The notes under the pieces are model-generated. The model was not told the DNA's origin. It did not search any database and saw nothing but the letters and a program-made list of their open reading frames with translations. Below, in pieces: positions 19,236 through 28,252 of a stretch of DNA of 64,000 nt (positions are counted from its first letter, which is position 1; every line of letters starts with the position of its first letter). A program made the translations under genes and the position numbers. Origin of the DNA: an uncultured Gammaproteobacteria bacterium (lineage in GTDB: Bacteria; Patescibacteriota; Microgenomatia; UBA8517); contig CAZRGC010000001.1 in assembly GCA_964599625.1 (NCBI GenBank), forward strand, positions 179,388-243,387, given 5' to 3'.

Positions 19236-20601
19236 AAGATCGGCGAAATATATTCTGGCTGCAGTTTTCGTAATAGTTCCACTTTTTCCAAAGTTTCCCT
19301 TGTTTTCTGTAACTGGAACATATGTTTCAGTAAGATTTGAAGATTTGATCTTGTTGTTGCTGTCTTTATTGGTTGCAATTGGTTTTTTAAAGGACTTAAA
19401 AAATAATATTAAATCTAGACTGTACCAAAGTATCGGCATATTTTTTCTTATAGGTGGGTTGTCGCTTTTTTCCGGTGTATTTCTTACTCAAACAGCGCCT
19501 ATAAAAATAGGTTTGCTGCATTTGTTTCGCAGGTTGGAATATTTGGTACCTCTTTTTGCAGTTTTGACGCTTCTGGACCCCAAAAAAGTTAAAGAATATT
19601 TGTCGTTTTACCTAAAAATAATCTTGCTGGTCGTTACTGTTGCCTTCCTTTATGGATTTGGGCAAAGGTATTGGAATTTTCCGATTATTATTACCCAAAA
19701 CGAAGAATATTCAAAAGGTGTGGCACTTTTTTGGACCCCGGGTAGCCATATAAATTCAACCTTCGCAGGGCATTATGATGCCGCGGCGGTTATGGTTTTA
19801 ATGCTCCCAATTTTAATTCCGCTTTTTGTAGCATCAAAAGATAAAATTACCAAACTGCTGTTGGCTCTCACATCGTCGTTTGGTTTGTGGCTTTTAATCA
19901 ATTCGCTTTCACGAATCGCACAGTTATCTTATCTTGTTGCCTTGGGTCTTGCCTTTCTTTTTGCAAAGAGGCTTAAGGCGTTGGTATTTTTCATTTTAGT
20001 TAGTACAATTCTTGTTGGTTCATCATCAGGTTTGGCGGTAAGATTTGGAAGAATATTTGAGGTTTACTACGGGAGAATTGTAAATTCAAAACCAATAACT
20101 TTTGTTCAGAGCAAGTTTGTCGTCTTTGCCGAAGACTCTGTATTGCCCGCTAGAAGAGAATCGCCTGTTGCCACCCCCACACCGATACCCGTATTTGAAG
20201 ACAGGTCCACATCAATCAGATTTAATGTTGAATGGCCCAGAGCAATCCGTGCATTCAACAAGAACATCATTTTTGGTACAGGTTATTCTTCTATAAATCT
20301 GGCCACAGACAATGATTATCTGAGGCTTTTGGGTGAAACCGGTATTTTTGGTTTTATTGCATTCTTTTTTATTTTTTCGGATATTTTTAAAGAGGTAACA
20401 TCTTTTTTCAGAAACTCTGAAAAATATGATTCATTGCAGAAAACATTTATTTATGGTGTTGTTGGAGGAATATGTGGTACTTTTGTGAATGCTTTTTTCT
20501 TGGATATATTTGAGGCGTCAAAGTTTGCTATTATTTTTTGGATGCTTGTCGGTTTAATGCTTTTAGTTATAAGAAGTGAAAATGTTGAAAAGAATAATTA
20601 G
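19210..20601 (+). CDS. O-antigen ligase/polymerase (Wzy_C)-like membrane protein
   Basis: Multi-TM; STF, SLSR, STSIR...WPRAI....IFGTGY...DNDYLRLLGETGIFG; start uncertain (19198/19210). Confidence 0.78.
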   Translation: MQKRSWLLERSAKYILAAVFVIVPLFPKFPLFSVTGTYVSVRFEDLILLLLSLLVAIGFLKDLKNNIKSRLYQSIGIFFLIGGLSLFSGVFLTQTAPIKIGLLHLFRRLEYLVPLFAVLTLLDPKKVKEYLSFYLKIILLVVTVAFLYGFGQRYWNFPIIITQNEEYSKGVALFWTPGSHINSTFAGHYDAAAVMVLMLPILIPLFVASKDKITKLLLALTSSFGLWLLINSLSRIAQLSYLVALGLAFLFAKRLKALVFFILVSTILVGSSSGLAVRFGRIFEVYYGRIVNSKPITFVQSKFVVFAEDSVLPARRESPVATPTPIPVFEDRSTSIRFNVEWPRAIRAFNKNIIFGTGYSSINLATDNDYLRLLGETGIFGFIAFFFIFSDIFKEVTSFFRNSEKYDSLQKTFIYGVVGGICGTFVNAFFLDIFEASKFAIIFWMLVGLMLLVIRSENVEKNN

Positions 20602-22057
20602 TTTTTGCAATTCAAACTTTTTTTGGCATGCCCTTGTTGTGTTGGTTTTTGTCTTGGGGTTTCTTGTCAGACTTTATAAAGTACAAAACCCAATTGCTGA
20701 CTGGCACTCCTGGCGCCAAGCAGATACAGCCAGTGTGACAAGATTCTTTGTAAAAGATGGAATAGATCTTCTTAAACCGCGATACCACGACATATCCAGT
20801 ATCCAAACAGGGATATTCAATCCCAATGGTTTTAGAATGGTTGAGTTACCGATTTATAACGCCGTACACTCACTGCTTTTTAAAACCTTTGGTCTTTTTA
20901 GTCTCGAAGTTTGGGGAAGACTGACGACTATAGCAATTGCACTTACTACAGCCTTTTTTGTTTTTAGAGTTGGGATGCTTATTTTTGGAAAATGGGGAGC
21001 TTTGATTTCATTGTTTTTTTATCTTTTTATACCTTTTAATATTTATTTTACTAGAGTAATACTGCCCGACCCAATGGGTGTTTTGTTTGCCGTCGTCTCC
21101 TTGTGGGCGTTTTTGATTTACATTGAAAAAATGAATGATGTATATTTCTACATTTCTTCATTGGCGATGGCTTTAACACTTTTGATAAAGCCCTATTTTG
21201 GTTTCTATTTGATCCCGATTCTTTATTTGGCAATTTCCAAGTTTGGATTTAGGAACATTTTGAATGACAAGAATCTCAGGTTAAAACTAATAATTTATTC
21301 AACCATCGCATTTGCTCCTTTTCTTGCGTATAGGTTTTGGGAGTCAAAATTTCCAGAAGGTATTCCTTTTTACAAATGGGCCTTTAATGGGAATGGAATA
21401 AGATTCAAACCATCGTTTTGGTATTGGATATTTGGTCAACGTTTGTCGCACCTTATTTTGGGTGGCTTGGGTGTTGTTCCGTTTGTTTTTGGCCTTCTTG
21501 ATTCAAGATCGAAAAATCGCATAGTTCAGTATTTGTTATTGGGAGCATTGGTTTATGTCACTTTGGTGGCAAACGCAAATGTGATGCATGATTATTACCA
21601 GATCCCTCTTATTCCAATTTTCTCGCTGACTTTGGCAAGTGGAGTTATATATTTATGGAATACCGATATCTTTAGTAGGTTTCTTTCAAGATCGGTGGTT
21701 ATTGTTTCTGTATTGGTAATGCTTGTTACCGGATGGAGTTTGATTAAGGAAAACTACAACATTAACCATCCCGAAATAATTGAAGCAGGTAAGGCCTTGG
21801 ATGCAATCGCAGATAAAAATTCACTTGTTTTGGCGCCATATAACGGTGACACGGCACTTTTGTATCAAACCGGAAGAAGTGGCTGGCCGGCGGTAGACGA
21901 TTCAATTGATAACATAATTTCCAAAGGGGCTGAATATTATTTATCTGTGGATTTGGGGAGTAAAGATACTAAGTTTGTTGAGTCAAAGTTTAAGACTATT
22001 ACAAAAACCGACAAGTATATAATTGTAGACCTCAGGTCGGCAATAAAATCAAAATGA
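20582..22057 (+). CDS. ArnT/GT39-like GT-C membrane glycosyltransferase
   Basis: DWHSWRQADT, ELPIY, GRL, RVILPD, HDYYQIP; multi-TM. Confidence 0.8.
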   Translation: MLKRIISFCNSNFFWHALVVLVFVLGFLVRLYKVQNPIADWHSWRQADTASVTRFFVKDGIDLLKPRYHDISSIQTGIFNPNGFRMVELPIYNAVHSLLFKTFGLFSLEVWGRLTTIAIALTTAFFVFRVGMLIFGKWGALISLFFYLFIPFNIYFTRVILPDPMGVLFAVVSLWAFLIYIEKMNDVYFYISSLAMALTLLIKPYFGFYLIPILYLAISKFGFRNILNDKNLRLKLIIYSTIAFAPFLAYRFWESKFPEGIPFYKWAFNGNGIRFKPSFWYWIFGQRLSHLILGGLGVVPFVFGLLDSRSKNRIVQYLLLGALVYVTLVANANVMHDYYQIPLIPIFSLTLASGVIYLWNTDIFSRFLSRSVVIVSVLVMLVTGWSLIKENYNINHPEIIEAGKALDAIADKNSLVLAPYNGDTALLYQTGRSGWPAVDDSIDNIISKGAEYYLSVDLGSKDTKFVESKFKTITKTDKYIIVDLRSAIKSK

Positions 22058-23253
22058 AAATCTTGATGCTTACCCCATATCTTCCGTTTCCTGATTCATC
22101 AGGCGGACAAATAAGATCGTACAATTTAATCAAATATTTAAGCAAAAAACATGAAATAACATTATTTTCCTTAATAAAAGATGATTCAGAAAAAAGATTT
22201 GTTTCGGAACTTGAAAAATACTGCAAAAAGGTAAGGGTCTTTAGAAGATCAAAATCTCCATGGACAATGAGGAATATATTACTTACAGGGTTTGGACCCT
22301 ATCCGTTTTTGGTAATTAGGAATTTGTCACCCAGACAAAGGATTGCTGTTGTAGAAGAAATCAAAAAAGAAAAATATGACTTAATCCATGCCGAAACTTT
22401 TTACGTAATGCCCCATATCCCCAAGACCAATATACCGATTCTTTTGGTGGAGCAGACGATTGAATATCTTGTCTATAAACACTATGTAGAAGGGCTTAAA
22501 AATATTTTTTTAAGACTGCTTCTGTCTATTGATGTTGCAAAGCTTAGATTTTGGGAGACAACCTTTTGGAAAAAGGCCGACGGCGTTGTTGCTGTATCTG
22601 AGGCGGACAAAAAAGAAATGATCAAGCTTGCCCCCGACTTGGATGTTGGACTAGTACCCAACGGTGTTAACCTGGATTTTTTCCAGGTCAAAGGTAAATG
22701 GGACGCAAGAAGCCCTAAAATTCTTTTTGTTGCCAATTTCAAATGGCTGCAAAACGTTGAGGCTGCGGAGCTACTGCTTGACCACGTCTTTCCTGTGGTA
22801 AAAAAGAAGAATCCCGGAGTTAAAGTCTGGATCGTTGGCCAATACATACCACAACATATTATGGATAGGAAAAATACTGACATAATTGTTGACAATCTCA
22901 AAGAAGATGACCAGGAGGGCATCCGGAAAGCATACTATGAAGCATCGGTCTTTGTATCCCCGCTTAAAGGTCCTGGTGGAACCCGCCTCAAACACTTTGC
23001 TGCTATGGCGGCAAAGCTTCCTCTGATTACAACATCCGTTGGCGCAGAAGGTTTGGGAGCAACACACTCAGAGAACATTATTGTTCAGGACGATCCGTTG
23101 TCGCTGGCCGACGCCACGCTGGAGATAATCGGCAATCCGAAAAAGGCGAAACAAATAGCGGAAAACGCACGCAAGCTAGTTGAAGAAAAATACAGTTGGT
23201 ATAAAATGAGCGAGTATTTGGATTCGATTTACGAGGAAAGCGCCAAAAAATGA
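22054..23253 (+). CDS. GT4 glycosyltransferase
   Basis: PFPDSSGGQIR, AVSEAD, VPNGV, GGTRLK, TTSVGAEGL, YSW. Confidence 0.88.
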   Translation: MKILMLTPYLPFPDSSGGQIRSYNLIKYLSKKHEITLFSLIKDDSEKRFVSELEKYCKKVRVFRRSKSPWTMRNILLTGFGPYPFLVIRNLSPRQRIAVVEEIKKEKYDLIHAETFYVMPHIPKTNIPILLVEQTIEYLVYKHYVEGLKNIFLRLLLSIDVAKLRFWETTFWKKADGVVAVSEADKKEMIKLAPDLDVGLVPNGVNLDFFQVKGKWDARSPKILFVANFKWLQNVEAAELLLDHVFPVVKKKNPGVKVWIVGQYIPQHIMDRKNTDIIVDNLKEDDQEGIRKAYYEASVFVSPLKGPGGTRLKHFAAMAAKLPLITTSVGAEGLGATHSENIIVQDDPLSLADATLEIIGNPKKAKQIAENARKLVEEKYSWYKMSEYLDSIYEESAKK

Positions 23254-24131
23254 AAAAACCAGAACTGACAGTAATAATACTTAACTACAACACAAAGGAA
23301 CTTTTGGAGGATTGCCTTAACTCAATTAAGAAAAATATTAAAGAAGTGTCCATGGAGGTTATTGTTTCGGACAACAGTTCCACAGACGGAAGCCCCGACA
23401 TGATAAGGAAAAAATTCCCATGGGTAAAACTATTGGAAGGGCCGAACGAAGGATTTTCCCGAGGCAATAATCGGGCTAGGCCGTTTGCAAACGGAAAGAT
23501 GATTCTTTTTCTTAATCCCGACACCGTTGTTCATCCTGGAGTATTTACTAAAAACGTTGAGTATCTCAAAAAACACCCCGAAGTCGGCGCCCTCTCATGC
23601 AAGCTGATACTTCCCGACGGTTCAATGGATAAAGACGTTAGAAGAAGATTTCCGACCCCGAGAGTTTCATTTAATCGTTTAATTCTTGGAAAAACTAGAG
23701 AATATTATTACGAAGACATTCCTGACACCCAAACACACGAAGTAGATGCTATCCAGGGGGCATTTTTTCTTTCTTGGAAAAAGATTTTGGACAAGGTAGG
23801 ATGGTTTGACCCTGAATACTTTTTTGATGGTGAGGATGTTGATCTTTGTTACCAAATTCACAAGTTGGGCTACAAGCTTGTTTACTACCCCGAAACATAC
23901 ATAACACATCTGAAGGGTGTTACAAAAGGAAAGGTAAAAAAGTGGAAGTTCAAAACAACACCTGAACATAGGAAAAAACTTAGACTTGCAGGTGTTGCTT
24001 CCATGGAGAGGTTCTTCAGAAAAAATCTTTGGAACAAATACCCGCTTGTTTTTGATTACTTCGTGATTTTTGGAATAAATGTTTTTAAAGTGATTAGGTA
24101 TGTGAAAGTGGTTCTCCTCTCTTCGTATTAA
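23250..24131 (+). CDS. GT2 glycosyltransferase (WbbL-like)
   Basis: IILNYN, DNSSTDG, GFSRGNN, LFLNPDT, GAF, FDPEYFFDGEDVDLC. Confidence 0.9.
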   Translation: MKKPELTVIILNYNTKELLEDCLNSIKKNIKEVSMEVIVSDNSSTDGSPDMIRKKFPWVKLLEGPNEGFSRGNNRARPFANGKMILFLNPDTVVHPGVFTKNVEYLKKHPEVGALSCKLILPDGSMDKDVRRRFPTPRVSFNRLILGKTREYYYEDIPDTQTHEVDAIQGAFFLSWKKILDKVGWFDPEYFFDGEDVDLCYQIHKLGYKLVYYPETYITHLKGVTKGKVKKWKFKTTPEHRKKLRLAGVASMERFFRKNLWNKYPLVFDYFVIFGINVFKVIRYVKVVLLSSY

Positions 24132-25297
24132 TGAAAATTTTGATTGACGGAAGACTTTATGGTCTTGAAAATGCCGGCCTCGGAAGATATGTAATCAACT
24201 TGGTTGGTGAGTTGTCAAAAATCGATCAAAAAAATAGCTATGTCCTGCTGCTTCCAAAAAAGCATAGTTTGCGAGTCAAGCTTCCTTCAAACTGGAAAGT
24301 GATACCTGTAGAATTCCGGCATTACGGTTTTTTTGAACAACTTTTGCTTCCCCGAATAATAAAAAAAGAAGGCCCAGATTTGGTGCATTTTCCTCATTTC
24401 AACATTCCGGTGTGGTTTGGCGGCAACTTTGTAGTAACAGTGCATGATATGTTGATGCATAAGCAGGTAGGACGGCAGGCCACAACACTTTCTCCGCCGA
24501 TGTACTATCTTAAAAGGTTGGGTTACAAAACCGTTTTTAATGCTGCCGTCAAAAAAGCTGTGCAGATAATAGCTCCCAGTAGAGCAGTGAAGGAGGAAAT
24601 AATTAAATACTACGGCACCAAGCCGGAAAAGGTTTCGGTGATTTATGAGGGTTTTGAAAACTTGCAGCAACACGCAGTTGGTTTCGACTTTGCCAAAGCA
24701 GGGATAACTAAACCTTATATTGCATATGTAGGAAACGCATACCCCCATAAAAATCTAAAACGCCTTATCGAAGCGACTGTTTCCTTCAACAAATCTCACG
24801 GTTATTACGGAAACAAAAGTTCACAAAAAAAAGTAATGCTAGCAATTGCCAGTTCAAGGAGTGTTTTTACCCAAAGGCTCAAAAAAACAATCGAAGACTT
24901 GGGCGGGCGCGACTATGTAAGAATTGTTGGATTTGTCCCGGATGGAGAAATGTCGAGCTTCCTTTCAAACTCATTGGCACTTTTTACACCCTCGCTGTCT
25001 GAAGGTTTTGGACTTCCGGGCCTTGAAGCTATGAGTACTGGTTGTTTGGTCGCCGCCTCCGATATACCTGTATACAAAGAAGTTTACGAAAAGCATGTGA
25101 TTTATTTTAACCCATTGGACTTTTCTTCCATAGAGAGCTCTATAGAAAAAATCGTAAATATGTCAAAAAGTGAACGTGATTCGGTCGTTTTAGCGGCAAA
25201 GGTATTTGCTAAAAAATATTCATGGTCTAAAATGGCCCGAGAAACTTTACAGATATATGAAAAAACGCGTAGCGATAGTTTACGATCGGGTAAATAA
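24131..25297 (+). CDS. GT4 glycosyltransferase
   Basis: IDGR, GLGRY, TVHD, GNAYPHKN, SLSEGFGLPGLEAM. Confidence 0.92.
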   Translation: MKILIDGRLYGLENAGLGRYVINLVGELSKIDQKNSYVLLLPKKHSLRVKLPSNWKVIPVEFRHYGFFEQLLLPRIIKKEGPDLVHFPHFNIPVWFGGNFVVTVHDMLMHKQVGRQATTLSPPMYYLKRLGYKTVFNAAVKKAVQIIAPSRAVKEEIIKYYGTKPEKVSVIYEGFENLQQHAVGFDFAKAGITKPYIAYVGNAYPHKNLKRLIEATVSFNKSHGYYGNKSSQKKVMLAIASSRSVFTQRLKKTIEDLGGRDYVRIVGFVPDGEMSSFLSNSLALFTPSLSEGFGLPGLEAMSTGCLVAASDIPVYKEVYEKHVIYFNPLDFSSIESSIEKIVNMSKSERDSVVLAAKVFAKKYSWSKMARETLQIYEKTRSDSLRSGK

Positions 25298-26327
25298 ATG
25301 GGGAGGTGCCGAAAGGGTACTTCTTGCGCTACATGATATTTTTCCTGACGCTCCGCTTTACACCTCGGTTTATGATAAAAAAAACGCTCCTTGGGCCAAA
25401 GTCTTTCCGGAAATAAAAACTTCATTCTTGCAACACATACCTTTGGCAAAAGGTAATCACGAGTTTTTAGCGCCCATTATGGCCTTCGCTTTTGAGTCTT
25501 TTGACTTTTCCGAGTATGACTTGGTGATATCGGTTACCAGTGAATACGCCAAAGCTATTAGAACGGGTCCCAAAACCAGACACATCTGTTACTGTCTCAC
25601 GCCAACTAGATATTTGTGGAGCGGGTACGATGACTATTTTTCATCCAAGTCCGTTCTTAGTTGGTTCGGTAAGTTTTTTGTGAATTATTTAAGGAGGTTA
25701 GACCTTGTTTTTGCGCAAAGGCCAGACAAAATTGTGGCCATTTCCGGTGAAGTCCAAAAAAGAATTGCCAAATATTACAATAGAGAGTCGGAAGTAATTT
25801 ATCCACCTGTTGAATTTCCCAAGTCAAATGAAATAAAAGCAAAAGGTAGGCACTTTTTGGTAGTTAGTAGACTTGTTCCGTACAAACGTATCGACATTGC
25901 TGTGCGTTTGTTTAATAAATTAAGAAAAAAACTTGTAGTTGTGGGTACAGGTCGTGATTTCGGGAAAATTAAATCAATTGCAAATAAAAACATAGACCTA
26001 AAGGGATCTGTTTCGGAACGAGTTCTTACAAAAATCTACCACAATGCGATTGCATTAATCATGCCTCAGGAGGAAGACTTCGGAATAACGGCCATTGAAG
26101 CCGCACTTATGGGTGTACCTGTCATAGCTTACAAAAAGGGTGGAGCCGGCGATACCGTTGTTCATGGAAAAACAGGGGTTCTTTTTGAAAAACAGACTGA
26201 AAGTTCGTTGGAAAAAGCCATAAAAATTTTTGAAAAGTCGAAGTTTAACCGCAGTTATATGTCCAAACATTCTAAAAAGTTTTCCAAAGAAAAATTTGTC
26301 AAAGCTTTCAAAAGGCTTGTTGTTTAG
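25257..26327 (+). CDS. GT4 glycosyltransferase (WbaZ-like mannosyltransferase)
   Basis: GGAERV, YCLTPTRYLW, VIYPPV, SRLVPYKRID, EEDFGITAIEA; ATG 25257 preferred. Confidence 0.9.
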   Translation: MKKRVAIVYDRVNKWGGAERVLLALHDIFPDAPLYTSVYDKKNAPWAKVFPEIKTSFLQHIPLAKGNHEFLAPIMAFAFESFDFSEYDLVISVTSEYAKAIRTGPKTRHICYCLTPTRYLWSGYDDYFSSKSVLSWFGKFFVNYLRRLDLVFAQRPDKIVAISGEVQKRIAKYYNRESEVIYPPVEFPKSNEIKAKGRHFLVVSRLVPYKRIDIAVRLFNKLRKKLVVVGTGRDFGKIKSIANKNIDLKGSVSERVLTKIYHNAIALIMPQEEDFGITAIEAALMGVPVIAYKKGGAGDTVVHGKTGVLFEKQTESSLEKAIKIFEKSKFNRSYMSKHSKKFSKEKFVKAFKRLVV

Positions 26328-26375
26328 TGCCTCTACCGTGTTGGCCATTTTTAAAACTGGTGGTAAAATAAACCC

Positions 26376-27494
26376 ATGAATGAAGGAGATTTTCAGAAAC
26401 ATATATACGCCTTAGTGCTTGCGGGCGGTGGCGGTACTAGGCTTTGGCCTGTCAGCAGAAACGAAACACCAAAGCAATTTCTTAAATTGTTCAAAGACCA
26501 GACTCTTACGCAGATTACAATTCAACGTTTAAGAAAAATAATCCCATTGGAACGGATTTTTGTCGTCACGGTATCCGATGAATATAAAGAAGAAATAAAA
26601 AAGGAAATTCCGGAACTTGTTGATGAAAATATCATTGTGGAACCTGTCAGAAGGGAAACAGGGCCTGCATATGCATTAGGAGCACTTCACATCTACGAAA
26701 AGGACAACGACGCCGTGATTATAACCGAGGCTGCAGATAGACTAGTAAGACCAATTCCTTTATACCTGGAGACACTTTTAGCTGCTGCAAAGGTTGCATA
26801 TGATAAACGAATAATGGTTGCGATGGGAATAGAGCCCAGATATCCACATCCCGGTTTGGGACATATCAAAAAAGGTGACAAAGCAGAAAGTGTGGACGGT
26901 GTGGAATTTTACAAACTCGCAGATTTTGTCGAGAAACCTCCAATAGAAGTGGCAAAGGAGTACACAGAGTCGGGCCAGTATCTTTGGAATGCTGGTCAAT
27001 ATGTATGGAGGGCTGACACACTTCTTGATTCCTATAAGCAAAACGCTCCGGATATTTATGCAATTCTTGAAGAAATAAGGCCACATGTTTTTCATCAGGA
27101 TGAGCAGGAACTTCTTAAGGCGGAGTATGAAAAAATGCCTTCAATAGCAGTTGACTACGCCATTTCCGAAAAGGACAAAAATTTCATGGTGGCAGCAGCT
27201 GACTTTTACTGGACAGATATTGGTGATTGGAAAGAAGTTTGGGGAAATTTACCCAAGGACTCGGGAGGAAATGTCGTTATTTCTGGTAGCGGCAAAGACA
27301 CCGAGGTTATAAATATTGATTCTACAGACTCATTAATCCACACTGACGGAAGATTGATCGCCATTGTTGATGTAGACAACATAGTTGTAGTGGACACAAA
27401 AGACGCCCTTCTTATAACTACCAAGAGTCGGGCGCAAAGTGTCAAAAAGGTAGTCGAGAGATTAAAAGAAGAAAACAAAGTGGAACTACTTTGA
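26376..27494 (+). CDS. manC: Mannose-1-phosphate guanylyltransferase
   Basis: LAGGGGTRLWPVSR..PKQFL, EP..RETGPA, FVEKP, WNAG, AVDYAI, WTDIGDW. Confidence 0.9.
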   Translation: MNEGDFQKHIYALVLAGGGGTRLWPVSRNETPKQFLKLFKDQTLTQITIQRLRKIIPLERIFVVTVSDEYKEEIKKEIPELVDENIIVEPVRRETGPAYALGALHIYEKDNDAVIITEAADRLVRPIPLYLETLLAAAKVAYDKRIMVAMGIEPRYPHPGLGHIKKGDKAESVDGVEFYKLADFVEKPPIEVAKEYTESGQYLWNAGQYVWRADTLLDSYKQNAPDIYAILEEIRPHVFHQDEQELLKAEYEKMPSIAVDYAISEKDKNFMVAAADFYWTDIGDWKEVWGNLPKDSGGNVVISGSGKDTEVINIDSTDSLIHTDGRLIAIVDVDNIVVVDTKDALLITTKSRAQSVKKVVERLKEENKVELL

Positions 27495-27561
27495 TTTTTT
27501 TTCACTCAAACCATAAATTTGAGTGGCAAAGATCCCGTCTATCAGGCATGGTGGGAAATTT

Positions 27562-28212
27562 ATGTATTACGAAATTGCCAAAAGAATAATCGACCTTATA
27601 ATGGCTGTAATACTAATTATTTTGTTCGCCCCAATAATGCTCATCACGGCGATAATTATAATGCTGACTTCACCCGGTCCTATATTGGTTGAAAAAAGTA
27701 ACAAGACTGCCCAGAGAGTGGGTAAAGACGGAAAGATTTTTTATCACTATAAATTCAGGTCGATGATCGTCGATGCTTACAGGTTATTGAAAACTGACCC
27801 CAAGTTTAAAAAATTATACAAGGAATACAAAGAATCCAGTTTCAAGCTTCACAAAGACCCCAGAGTTACCAAATTCGGCAGATTTATAAGAAAGTACTCA
27901 ATTGATGAAATGCCGCAACTTTTTAATGTCCTAAAAGGCGAAATGAGTTTGGTAGGGCCCAGGCCATATTTTGTAGACGAGCTCAAAGAGCAACAGGAAA
28001 AATATCCACACACAAAATCACTTGTAAAAGAAACGCTAACCGTCAAACCAGGAATTACGGGTTATTGGCAAGTTTCCGGAAGAAGCGCAGTAAATTTTGA
28101 TAAACGAATAGAGATGGATGCCGGATATGCCAAAAAGAGATCTCTTTTTCTTGATTTTGTAATTATCCTAAAGACTCCGTTTGTAATGGTTAGCGGCAAA
28201 GGCGCTGTGTAA
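27562..28212 (+). CDS. Priming phosphoglycosyltransferase (bacterial sugar transferase, small monotopic PGT)
   Basis: KRIIDL, SPGP, YKFRSM, DPRVT, SIDEMPQLFNVLKGEMSLVGPRP, KPGITGYWQV; alternative GTG start at 27523. Confidence 0.93.
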   Translation: MYYEIAKRIIDLIMAVILIILFAPIMLITAIIIMLTSPGPILVEKSNKTAQRVGKDGKIFYHYKFRSMIVDAYRLLKTDPKFKKLYKEYKESSFKLHKDPRVTKFGRFIRKYSIDEMPQLFNVLKGEMSLVGPRPYFVDELKEQQEKYPHTKSLVKETLTVKPGITGYWQVSGRSAVNFDKRIEMDAGYAKKRSLFLDFVIILKTPFVMVSGKGAV

Positions 28213-28252
28213 CTTCATATAATCGGTTTTTTTGTGTATCATTAATCTTGCC